Shown: positions 17,121-26,108 of the stretch, piece after piece | How positions within the stretch are numbered: position 1 is the first letter of the stretch | Layout: each line of letters opens with the position of its first letter | IMG/VR virus record: IMGVR_UViG_3300017544_000276 | Location: 1 to 44,413 of that record | Source of the DNA: a virus | Taxonomy: Duplodnaviria; Caudoviricetes | Length of the DNA stretch: 44,413 bases | Reading direction: 5' to 3' (one strand) | The notes under the pieces: model-generated | What the model was told of the DNA's origin: nothing | The model's input: the letters and a program-made list of their open reading frames with translations, nothing else | Database searches by the model: none | Made by a program: the position numbers and the translations under genes

Positions 17121-20100
17121 TTATTTCCCATTCCGGCCGAAGATGTATTCCATCGCCGACACTTCTTCGCCCTCCATCTCGCGCCATGCGCCATCAATGA
17201 GGCGGTTCGCTTGAGCAGAAGGCAGACGCGTGAGCAGGCCGGTCAGGTTCACGGTCGACTTCACGAGTTGCTTGTCAAATTCGCCCTGCCCCGCTTGCCT
17301 CACCGGTTCCCATCCAGTTTGCAGGATCGAGGCGTAGGTTCCCGCCTGGAAGCCCTGCGACAGGCCGGCCATATCGCGGACGACCGGCAGACCAGCGAGG
17401 AACGTCTTGAACCCCTCAGCTGCGACGGTGCCGAGGAACGAGCTATCATCCTCCTCGTCATCATCGTCGAACGCCTCGCCGATCAACGCGAGCACGGCCG
17501 CCTCGCCCGCCAGCAGCAGCGAGAGGTCGAGCGCATAGGACATCGCTCGGCCGGGCGTGATCTTCTCGGCCCGAAGCCCCTGCGTCCGCTCGATGATCAG
17601 GTTCATCTTGGCGAAGAAATACGATCCGAGCGTCGTCAGAAGCATGACGAACGGGTTCTGCCGGATCGTCGACGAAAGCGTGCCGCGCTCGATGCCCGAG
17701 CGATCCGACCAGATGCCGGAGGACTGCGACCTCTGCACGGTCATATCGGCAAACTCGACCGCCTTGGCCTCGGTCCCGAACTGCGCAAGGCCCTTCTGAT
17801 AGGCCGCCGCCCACGTCGGAACGTCGACGATGTAGAACTGCGAATAGGTGATGCCCGCCATGCCGAACGGCACAGCGTATTCCGACCAGAATTCAGCCAG
17901 CTTGCCGCGAGCCGGCGATGCGATGTTCGACTTGGCCGCGGCGTCCATCAGGTCTTTGTTGAACGTCTGCTGACGCTCCCACATCATCCGCGAGCGTGCG
18001 ACGACATCGTTCGTCATCTCGACAGGATGGCGGACTGTCCTCGCGATCTGAGCGGCGAGGTTACGCTTGCCGACGACAACGCCGGACTGGATCAGGCCGA
18101 GCGGCTGAAGCAGGATCGTCTTCAGGTTCAAGGCCAGCTTGGAATAGGTGAAGCCGGATCGCAGGAACGCCACAGAGCGCGCCAGATCTCCGCCGCCGCC
18201 CACCTGCCCGCTCGCCGCGTCTTGCACCCAGAGCTTGAGCGCGGCATGCTGCTTGTCCAGCCCGGCGCGCAAGGCCGCCTGCTCGACCTCGTTGCTGGTC
18301 AGGATACGCCAGGTATTCACGACCGGCTCAGAGAACGCCAGATCGTGGATGACCTCGTTGGCGTGCTGAGCGATGACCGAGACGTCAAGCATGAGGGACT
18401 GCCGCACATGCTGGCCGCGCGCCTTGAGGTGGCCATCCTTGGTCGAAGCCGAGGCATAGCCGCCCGACATCATCGAATTCAGGATATCGGCGTCGCTGCC
18501 TCCGGAGACGAAGCGCGCGCCACCGAGGCGCCCCTCATACTTGATGGGGTAGTAGCCGCCTCGGTAGACGCCGTGGGGCGTCTGGACTGGCTTGGCCTCG
18601 ACCCATGTCGGTTCGATGCCACGCACGCGACGATCACGCTCGGCGACCTTCGGCCGGAACGTCTCGATGTAGTCCCAGACCGACTGCACGAAATCCCAAT
18701 CACGCCGATCCAGCGACGCCTTCAGCGCCTCGACCTGCTCGGCCGGCAGGTGCATGAGCGCGGCCGTGTTCGTCAGGCGTGCAAGGTTCCCCTCATTGCC
18801 CATATTGAGCGCCATCGCGATCAGGTTCCACTTCGAGAACGACCGGCCGCCGAGCGCCGGCATGACGCGACGAACCGCCATCTCGCGCTGCTCTTCGGGC
18901 GAGTAGACGGAATACAGCTCGAGGATGCGATCGGTGGCCTCCTTGCGCATCTCGCGCTCGGCGTAGGCCGCGCTGTCCATGTCGGATTTCAGCGTCTCAT
19001 AGACGACGCCCAGATCCTCGCGGCCGTCCATCTGGCGCAGGATCGTTGTCGCCGACTGGATCGTCGAGACGTAGCCGTTGAGCAGGTCGCGCGCCTTAGC
19101 GTTGAGGCCCGTATCCTTCACCCAATCGACCGCCCGGCTCTTCATGTTTTTCTCGATGGCATCGACGACGCTCGTCTTGGCCTCCTCGAAATCGCGCTTC
19201 CGCTTATTGATGAGCATCTGCCCCTTCATGCGGGCGACGTGCTCGATATTCTTGAGGCTGTCGACGACGCCGCGAAGGTGCTCGACCGTCAGCGTCCGAT
19301 AGTTCACCACCTGCGCGTCATCGAGCACGGCCTGAGGAATGGCCAGCTCGTTCGCCCGGCCATCGCTGATCATCTGGTCGACATAGGCGCGGAGTGCCGC
19401 CCGGCGATCGATCTGCCGGTTCGGCACCTTGCGGAACTCGTAGCCATAGATGATCGCCTCGATCGCTTCGACATAATCACCGGCGATCGACGCCTCTCCC
19501 TTCCGCAGCCGCTCCGACCGGATCTTGCGGGTGGACTTCTCCAGCCGGCGCACCAGGCGCTCGGCCTTGTCGACCTCCTCGCCGACCTTGCGAGCCTCCA
19601 TATAGAACGCGTGATTGAGGAGCTGCCGACGCTTGGCGTCGACCATCTTGGCGACCAGATCGTTGTAGCCGAGCGACGTCGCCGTGCGCTCGCCACCGGG
19701 AATGGTATAGGCGTTGCCCTTCGGAGAAACCCGCTCCTGAGGGGCGACCTCGAACGTCGATGTCGTGGTTTCCAGCTTCTTGTTGAACGCGTCGATCGCC
19801 TTGGCTACGGCCGCCTGCGAGCCTGATCCCTTAGCAGCGGCGCGGGCCTTAGACGCGATCCGGCGCCCGGCAGCATCGAGCCAGACCTTTTCGCGCGCGA
19901 GCTGGGCACCGATCTGAGCCGCCTCCTCGGCGGCGCGGCGCTCTGCCGCGAGATAGCGCTGTGCGTGGGTCGCATCCCTGACCTTCATGCGCGCGATCGT
20001 CTGGGCGGCCGTGAAGCGCGCTTCCTTCATCGTCAGCGACGGCCCCAGACCCGCAACCTCGGAAACGGCGCGCAGCTCGGCGGCGATCCAGTCGCCGCGC

Positions 20101-23100
20101 TTGGTGGTGTGCACGGCGTCGAGCGCATTCAACTCGATCTCGCCATCGTTCAGAGCATCGCCGTGACGCTCGTTCATCACGCGATCCGTCTCGGCCTCGA
20201 TCGCATCCCGGCGCTTCGGCGCGGTCTCCATCGCGCGGATCATTGCATCGCCGCTGTCGAAGCCGAACCAGCCTGCGATATCATCAGGATCGACCCCGCC
20301 CTCGACGGCGTAGACGGTCTGTTTGCCGCGCGGCAGCGTGGATAGAACGCCTTCGCCGTAACGCTGCACCAGGACGTCTTTCGAAAGTCGGATGTCAGGC
20401 ATGCCTTCCGGCTTGCCTTCGCCGAGCCAGCGCCGGTTTCCCATCCACTCGATCGCCCGGAAGTGACGATGCGCGTTCACCTCGCGCTCGACCTGGGCGC
20501 GCACCGCCGCGCGCTCCTCTTTCCACCATTTTTCCTTTTGGCGCTTGATCGGTTCCATCACGTCGCCGAGCAGCTTGGCCTTGGCCTCCTCCTCCGACTG
20601 CGCGCGCAGCCGGTTCAGCGCCGCGAATTCGTCGGCCGTCAACCCGATCTGCTCAGGTGTCGCGAACACCGCACCGGCGGCGCCGCTGGCATCGAGTGCC
20701 TTCGCAATCTCCTCGTCGGTGGCGAGCAGGCGGTCGAAGACGGCCCGCAGATCGTCGGACACCTTGACATTCAGGCCGGTCAGCCGCCGATAGATCGACA
20801 CCATCCAGGCGCGCAGGCGATCGAATACCGATCGCAGTTCGACCGACGGCGCCTTGCCCTCCATGAGATACGCCTCGAAGCCGCGCGCCCATTGCTCCTG
20901 CATGCCGGCGTCAATCGCGAGATCTTTCATGCGGTCGCCAGTCGTGCCGTTGTCCAGCGCGGCGAGCACGTCGTCAGCCGTGACCGAGGCATCCGGCGCG
21001 ACACGCATAGCGTCTTTCGCGACATCGGCAGCGTTCGAACGCCACCAGGTGCGGACGGCGCCGATCTCTGCGACAGCGCTCTGCTCGCCGCGCGCGGCAA
21101 GATCCTGCAAGATCGTAAGGAAGTAGTGGCCGCTCTCGTGCACGAACGTCGAAAGATCAGCGCGCTCGAAAAGGCTGATGATCGTCTCGCCGTTGCCGAC
21201 ACCATTGGCCGGGAACTGGATAGATCCGCGAGGACCGAGGCCGCGCGCCGTGCTCTCATCTTGGAAAAGCGTGAAGCTGCCGGATGCCATCGCGTTGAAC
21301 GGCTCAACCAGATCCGCTACACTCATTTCGCGCGTAGTCGTGGCCCCCGCGCTCACTGCTGCCTGACCTTCAATGGTACGCGCAGAAATAGGGGCCACCT
21401 TTTCCCCTTCAAACTGGTAGAGCGTCCGCCCCCGGCCGGGCGTATTGCGAATGACGAAGCGGACAGCGATATCCTCCCCGTCAAGCACAAGATGCCCGAC
21501 CGCATAGTCAAACTCGCCGCCGCGATGGTAGGTCACGGATTGCGCGAAAATCTCATCGGCATAGGGAGCAATTGAGCGTTTCATCGCATTCGCGTTGACC
21601 GACAGCCATTTGGCGGCGCTGCTCTTGCTGATCGACACCCTATCGCCGGAAACGTTGGTCACATCCCCGAGCCTCACCGCGTCGCGAGCCTCGGCATGCG
21701 TAGCAATGGCCGGCAGGTCGGTCAGCGTGACAGACGGGACCGGGGTGTTCGGGTCAATCTGAACCGGCGCGTGCCGGCCGCCCTTGTCGATTGCGGCTTG
21801 GAACAGAAGGTTCCCCTGCTCACCAGCACGCCGCATGGCCACGGCGCGCGAACCTGAAACAGAGGGATCGTATTCGACGAGGGGAACGCCGGCCGATTCG
21901 AGCGCCGTCCGCACGTCGAGCGCGGCTGTCTTCGGGATCACCGCTGCGGAGAATTCATTCAGGCCTACCGCGCGCTGGATCTTGGCCTCGAAATACTCGG
22001 TCGGCATATCTCGGAGTTTGCCGAGGAATGCCACAGCATCCGCCCGCAGATCATCGGGCAACGCCTTGTAGTAGGCATCGAACGCTCGCGGTCCGCGTTC
22101 GGCGACCTCCTTCAACTGCTCGCTGAACGTGTCAAGGAAGCCGAACCGCTGACCGTCAGGGGAGATCTCTCCGAACCGGCCCGCCAACGCTGAGAACTCG
22201 CGATCGACCTCCTCCTTGACTGCCTGCATTGCGTCATGAGGGATCAGCCGGCCGCGCGCAGCCCGAACCGCCGAGATGCTTTTGAACTGGTTCGCAACGG
22301 TCGAGCGAATGGAACCCACGCCATAGTTCCAACCCTCACCGTCGCGCAGCTTGGACTTCAGGATCTTGACGACGCTATCGAGTGTATGAGGCAGAAGCTT
22401 CCAGTTTCCGCCGGCCGTCTGCGTCTGCACACGCTCGCTGTCGATCACATCCCCGAACTTGCTATCGACCCATTCGGCGAACGCTTTGGCGTGCGGCTGG
22501 ATGGCATCTCGAAGCGCCACGCGGGCCGCGCCACGGTCAACTTTGGGGCCAGCTTGCGCGAGCTGGTATTCTTCTAGCGCGCTCTCGACCACGGACCGCT
22601 TCAGTCCATGGCGCGAATAATAGATCCCTCGCCGCTCCTCGATACTCATATCCGGTGCTGCGTCGGCGACGCGCTGGAGCTCGACCGCTACCGCCTTCTC
22701 GATCTCAGCCAGGACGGCCGGATCATCGTAGGCTGACCCGAGGCCGGCAGCATCTCTTGCCCGGTCGATAGCCGGACGGAGTGCCGGATTGCGCTCCATA
22801 TAGCTCGATCGGGCCTTGCGCTGCGGCAGGTCGATTGGCCGGCCGGTCTCGCGCAGGAATTGAAGCTGAACAGCAGAACTGTCGCGGAACGCGCCAAGGC
22901 CGTTGCGCTCGACCTCGCTGTCGTCAAGCTCGCTGCTCAGCACATGACCAAGATCATCCGACGAACTGCCGAGCTGCTTCCAAGCCTTCCTCAGCGCCGG
23001 GCCGGAGAGCTTGTAGACGACAGTCGGATAGCGAGGCGAATAAACGTCTGCGTCGAAAACCTTCGCCGAGCGATCCTTTCGCGCGTCAACCATGTCCGGC

Positions 23101-25799
23101 CCGCCGATCAGCGTGATCTCGCCGAAGTTGTCGAGCGGGTGATCGACGTTCGAGATTGCGATCGACGGAACGGGCAACCCGCCCAACTTCGTTGCGTGCA
23201 GCAAGTTGGCGGCAGTAAGGTTGTGCTGCACCACAAGATTTCTGTCGTCGCCCTGCCCATATGCGCGCCCGGCCGCCTGATCGGCGTCAACCGCCGCCCG
23301 GATCGCCGCGTCGTCATCATCCAGCGTCAGGCCGAGAGCGGCGAGGTATTCCTCGATCTCATCGAGCTGCGCCTCGCGCGCCGCCGCGTCGTCGTCGACC
23401 TCAGCAGCCGCATATTGCGGCTCGCCGCGCAATTCTCGGTCGATAGCCTCCCACAGGGCCGGTGTGATATCCGGCACCGGCTGGCCTGCCGCGACCGCCG
23501 CCCGGTACTGATCCGCAGCAGGATCGCCGACGAGGAACCCGGCTTCGATCGCCGCGCGCGCCACGCTGTCGGCGCCGTACTGACGGCCGGCCGTCTCCCC
23601 ACCGCCGAGCAGGTTCGCCGTCGCTGCACCCTCCTCGCGCGCCAGACGCAGCGACTTCCTGCCCGCACCGCGCTTGATCAGCCGCGCGTCGCGCGCCTTC
23701 AACTCGCCGCCGACGTCGAGGATGCCGCCATAGTCGGAAATAAACTCGAGGAGCGACTGACCCTTGGTCCCGATCCCGGCCTTGCGCCTGGCCCGCGCCT
23801 CGGCGAGCGTCCGGTTCAGCGCGTCGACATCCTTGTACTGAATGCCCTCCGGCACCGCGCCTCGCACCTGCGGCAGCGGGTAGGACTGCATGAACTCGCC
23901 GATCGTGACACCGGACCGCTCGGCCATCACGCGATAGAACGCCGGCCACAGCATGGCCTCGGTGCGTGCCACGTTGGCGGAGCGGCCAGCGACGCGAAGC
24001 TGCGAAACCATCGTCTCATAGATCTGGGTCTCGTAGGACCGAAGCTCTTCCTCGCGCTGGCGGAGCTGATCAGCCAGCTCATACGCCTCCTGCATCGCCT
24101 CCTGGGCGCGCTCGTTGAATTCGGCCGCATCAACCGCCGTCATCTCGGCGGGATCGAACCGCATGTTCTGCAGCATGAACCCGTCGTGCTCGGTGCCGGC
24201 GATCTTGGCGGCGTAGGTCGCGGTGGGAATGCGGAGATCGGCGCCAGGCGCAAGCAAGGCGGCTTCCAGATCCTCCCGCGTCACCCCGTCAAGTTCCTCG
24301 TCGACGAGCACGAAGGGATCGACGCCGATGCTCTGGAAGTAGGTCACGAACGCCTCGGCCGGGACATAGACGTTCTCCACCTCGCCGCCCTCAACGGCCT
24401 TGGCGACGAACTCCTGAAACTTCTCCGGCGAGCGCGCGCGCAAGGTCGAGGCCGTGGCCTGCTGGGCTATGGCCGAAAGCTGCTCGGTGGTGGCGTCGGC
24501 GCGCGCGGCGCCGTCGCGCTTCTGAATGAACTTCCTCCCCGCAATCCCCATGTCGACCGGCGCAGTGGCGACTTCAGCGATGCCCTCGGCGATGACCTCG
24601 TTCCAGTCGATTTCCTGACCGGCGGCAACGCGCGCAGCCAGTTCACCGGACGAGCCGAAAAGCGCCTGCGAGGCTCCTTGGGCCAACGCCTCGATCATCG
24701 GATTGGTCGCCAGGGAGCGGCCGGCGATACCCATGGACAGCGCGTCGAACGCACCGACTACAGCACCGCGGATGACGCCACGATCGGCCGCCTCCTGCAT
24801 CAGGCCAGGGTCCGCAAGCAGCTTTTGGACATCACCCGGCCGGGTCAGATCGATGCCCTTTTCTTGCAGGAACTCAGCCGGAGACGTGTAGCGCTCCGTC
24901 GCATAGCTGCCGGCAAATCCGACCGCCACGCCGGCCATTGGGTTTCTGGTGGCCACTGTCGTTCCCAGGGCGGCCGCGAGCTGCGGTGCACTTTCGCCGG
25001 CCGTTTCCAGAGCCCACGACAGGCCGCCGATCGGGTTCTTGGCGAACGCATTTCCGAAATTCGCCAGCGCCTCACCGAACGAGGCGCCGTCAACCATCGC
25101 GTCGGCTTCAAACCGCGTCGCGATTTCGGATTTCGGGATGGACTTCAGCCACTCGACGCTCTCGCCAACGCGCTTCGCATATTCCGCCGCAGCGGCCTCG
25201 TCATCGGTGCCAATCAACTCGGCATACCGAGCATCGGCCCACCGGCCGAAGGCAGACATGTAGTCGCCCGGCGATGCCCACAGCTTGGCCTCATCGCCCG
25301 CCGAATTGCGAACCACCGTTCGCTCATCGTCGACGATTTGGCCGAAGGTCTTGTCGCGGTCGGCAGCGCGGCCGGCCGTCTGCTCAAGCATATACTGATT
25401 GAGCATCTGCGTGCCGCGCGCGCCGGCCCGCTCGGCGGTGTTGGCCACGCCCCGGCCAAGTCCCTCGAACCAACCCAATTCGGCCAGGCTGTCGCGAGCG
25501 ATGGCCGCATTATCCTGATCGCGCAGCCAGTCCGTGAGGCGAGGCTTTCCCGACAGCATCGTACGAGCGCGCTCTTCCTCGATCCTCCTTTGGAAGACGT
25601 TCCGGTATTCCCTCACTAGCGGCGTTGGCGGCGTTGGTTGGCCGAATGTGCGCCCAAATTCGCGAGCGAGGTTCATGTCGCCGGCCACCTGATCGGGCGC
25701 CTCCTCGACCGAACCAATAACGACCTGAGCAGCGGTGATACCGCTGTCCTCTTCCTGCCCAAAGCGGCGCTGGATGAAATCGGAAATTGTATCGGTCAC
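17121..25799 (-). CDS. Giant internal virion/ejection protein (~2,890 aa), polyvalent, with an HExxH metallopeptidase-like motif
   Basis: Sits between the ejection genes and the tail fiber; ADLSTFVHESGHYF, EQWARGFEAYLMEGKAP, GGYYPIKY. A GTG start at 25799 with AGGTGG RBS is preferred over 25844. Confidence 0.85.
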   Translation of the reverse strand: MTDTISDFIQRRFGQEEDSGITAAQVVIGSVEEAPDQVAGDMNLAREFGRTFGQPTPPTPLVREYRNVFQRRIEEERARTMLSGKPRLTDWLRDQDNAAIARDSLAELGWFEGLGRGVANTAERAGARGTQMLNQYMLEQTAGRAADRDKTFGQIVDDERTVVRNSAGDEAKLWASPGDYMSAFGRWADARYAELIGTDDEAAAAEYAKRVGESVEWLKSIPKSEIATRFEADAMVDGASFGEALANFGNAFAKNPIGGLSWALETAGESAPQLAAALGTTVATRNPMAGVAVGFAGSYATERYTSPAEFLQEKGIDLTRPGDVQKLLADPGLMQEAADRGVIRGAVVGAFDALSMGIAGRSLATNPMIEALAQGASQALFGSSGELAARVAAGQEIDWNEVIAEGIAEVATAPVDMGIAGRKFIQKRDGAARADATTEQLSAIAQQATASTLRARSPEKFQEFVAKAVEGGEVENVYVPAEAFVTYFQSIGVDPFVLVDEELDGVTREDLEAALLAPGADLRIPTATYAAKIAGTEHDGFMLQNMRFDPAEMTAVDAAEFNERAQEAMQEAYELADQLRQREEELRSYETQIYETMVSQLRVAGRSANVARTEAMLWPAFYRVMAERSGVTIGEFMQSYPLPQVRGAVPEGIQYKDVDALNRTLAEARARRKAGIGTKGQSLLEFISDYGGILDVGGELKARDARLIKRGAGRKSLRLAREEGAATANLLGGGETAGRQYGADSVARAAIEAGFLVGDPAADQYRAAVAAGQPVPDITPALWEAIDRELRGEPQYAAAEVDDDAAAREAQLDEIEEYLAALGLTLDDDDAAIRAAVDADQAAGRAYGQGDDRNLVVQHNLTAANLLHATKLGGLPVPSIAISNVDHPLDNFGEITLIGGPDMVDARKDRSAKVFDADVYSPRYPTVVYKLSGPALRKAWKQLGSSSDDLGHVLSSELDDSEVERNGLGAFRDSSAVQLQFLRETGRPIDLPQRKARSSYMERNPALRPAIDRARDAAGLGSAYDDPAVLAEIEKAVAVELQRVADAAPDMSIEERRGIYYSRHGLKRSVVESALEEYQLAQAGPKVDRGAARVALRDAIQPHAKAFAEWVDSKFGDVIDSERVQTQTAGGNWKLLPHTLDSVVKILKSKLRDGEGWNYGVGSIRSTVANQFKSISAVRAARGRLIPHDAMQAVKEEVDREFSALAGRFGEISPDGQRFGFLDTFSEQLKEVAERGPRAFDAYYKALPDDLRADAVAFLGKLRDMPTEYFEAKIQRAVGLNEFSAAVIPKTAALDVRTALESAGVPLVEYDPSVSGSRAVAMRRAGEQGNLLFQAAIDKGGRHAPVQIDPNTPVPSVTLTDLPAIATHAEARDAVRLGDVTNVSGDRVSISKSSAAKWLSVNANAMKRSIAPYADEIFAQSVTYHRGGEFDYAVGHLVLDGEDIAVRFVIRNTPGRGRTLYQFEGEKVAPISARTIEGQAAVSAGATTTREMSVADLVEPFNAMASGSFTLFQDESTARGLGPRGSIQFPANGVGNGETIISLFERADLSTFVHESGHYFLTILQDLAARGEQSAVAEIGAVRTWWRSNAADVAKDAMRVAPDASVTADDVLAALDNGTTGDRMKDLAIDAGMQEQWARGFEAYLMEGKAPSVELRSVFDRLRAWMVSIYRRLTGLNVKVSDDLRAVFDRLLATDEEIAKALDASGAAGAVFATPEQIGLTADEFAALNRLRAQSEEEAKAKLLGDVMEPIKRQKEKWWKEERAAVRAQVEREVNAHRHFRAIEWMGNRRWLGEGKPEGMPDIRLSKDVLVQRYGEGVLSTLPRGKQTVYAVEGGVDPDDIAGWFGFDSGDAMIRAMETAPKRRDAIEAETDRVMNERHGDALNDGEIELNALDAVHTTKRGDWIAAELRAVSEVAGLGPSLTMKEARFTAAQTIARMKVRDATHAQRYLAAERRAAEEAAQIGAQLAREKVWLDAAGRRIASKARAAAKGSGSQAAVAKAIDAFNKKLETTTSTFEVAPQERVSPKGNAYTIPGGERTATSLGYNDLVAKMVDAKRRQLLNHAFYMEARKVGEEVDKAERLVRRLEKSTRKIRSERLRKGEASIAGDYVEAIEAIIYGYEFRKVPNRQIDRRAALRAYVDQMISDGRANELAIPQAVLDDAQVVNYRTLTVEHLRGVVDSLKNIEHVARMKGQMLINKRKRDFEEAKTSVVDAIEKNMKSRAVDWVKDTGLNAKARDLLNGYVSTIQSATTILRQMDGREDLGVVYETLKSDMDSAAYAEREMRKEATDRILELYSVYSPEEQREMAVRRVMPALGGRSFSKWNLIAMALNMGNEGNLARLTNTAALMHLPAEQVEALKASLDRRDWDFVQSVWDYIETFRPKVAERDRRVRGIEPTWVEAKPVQTPHGVYRGGYYPIKYEGRLGGARFVSGGSDADILNSMMSGGYASASTKDGHLKARGQHVRQSLMLDVSVIAQHANEVIHDLAFSEPVVNTWRILTSNEVEQAALRAGLDKQHAALKLWVQDAASGQVGGGGDLARSVAFLRSGFTYSKLALNLKTILLQPLGLIQSGVVVGKRNLAAQIARTVRHPVEMTNDVVARSRMMWERQQTFNKDLMDAAAKSNIASPARGKLAEFWSEYAVPFGMAGITYSQFYIVDVPTWAAAYQKGLAQFGTEAKAVEFADMTVQRSQSSGIWSDRSGIERGTLSSTIRQNPFVMLLTTLGSYFFAKMNLIIERTQGLRAEKITPGRAMSYALDLSLLLAGEAAVLALIGEAFDDDDEEDDSSFLGTVAAEGFKTFLAGLPVVRDMAGLSQGFQAGTYASILQTGWEPVRQAGQGEFDKQLVKSTVNLTGLLTRLPSAQANRLIDGAWREMEGEEVSAMEYIFGRNGK

Positions 25800-25889
25800 T
25801 GCCCACCTACCGTTTAGCGTTGCGCCGCCGGGGAAATGTGCCAAGAGTTACCGGCAAACGGTTGCGGCTATGATCGGAGAGACTGCGCG

Positions 25890-26108
25890 ATGGGTGCGCC
25901 CTTGGAACTGATGGATGTCGTCTTCTTGGTGCTCGCGACCTGCGCTGTGGCGGCGATAGCCGTCCGTTTCCGGAGACGGCAACCGTCGCAAGGCGAAATG
26001 GCGAACCCATATGGGGCGCGATGGGCAGGACGAACCGTCTTCAATCTCGTCCTGGCGCCCATAGTCGTCGTAGCAGCGATTGCGGGGATCGCCTGGCTGT
26101 TCACCTGA
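25890..26108 (+). CDS. Small 2-TM protein inserted antisense in the late operon (moron-like)
   Basis: GGAGA RBS, TATGAT at 25869-25874, two hydrophobic segments; fills the intergenic gap exactly. Confidence 0.6.
   Translation: MGAPLELMDVVFLVLATCAVAAIAVRFRRRQPSQGEMANPYGARWAGRTVFNLVLAPIVVVAAIAGIAWLFT

Noticed and set aside
17097-25619. Long + strand ORFs (909 aa at 17097-19826, 919 aa at 22860-25619) and similar ones such as 5042-6457 and 34701-36284
   Set aside because: These are antisense shadows of real high-GC genes, with no motifs or RBS.
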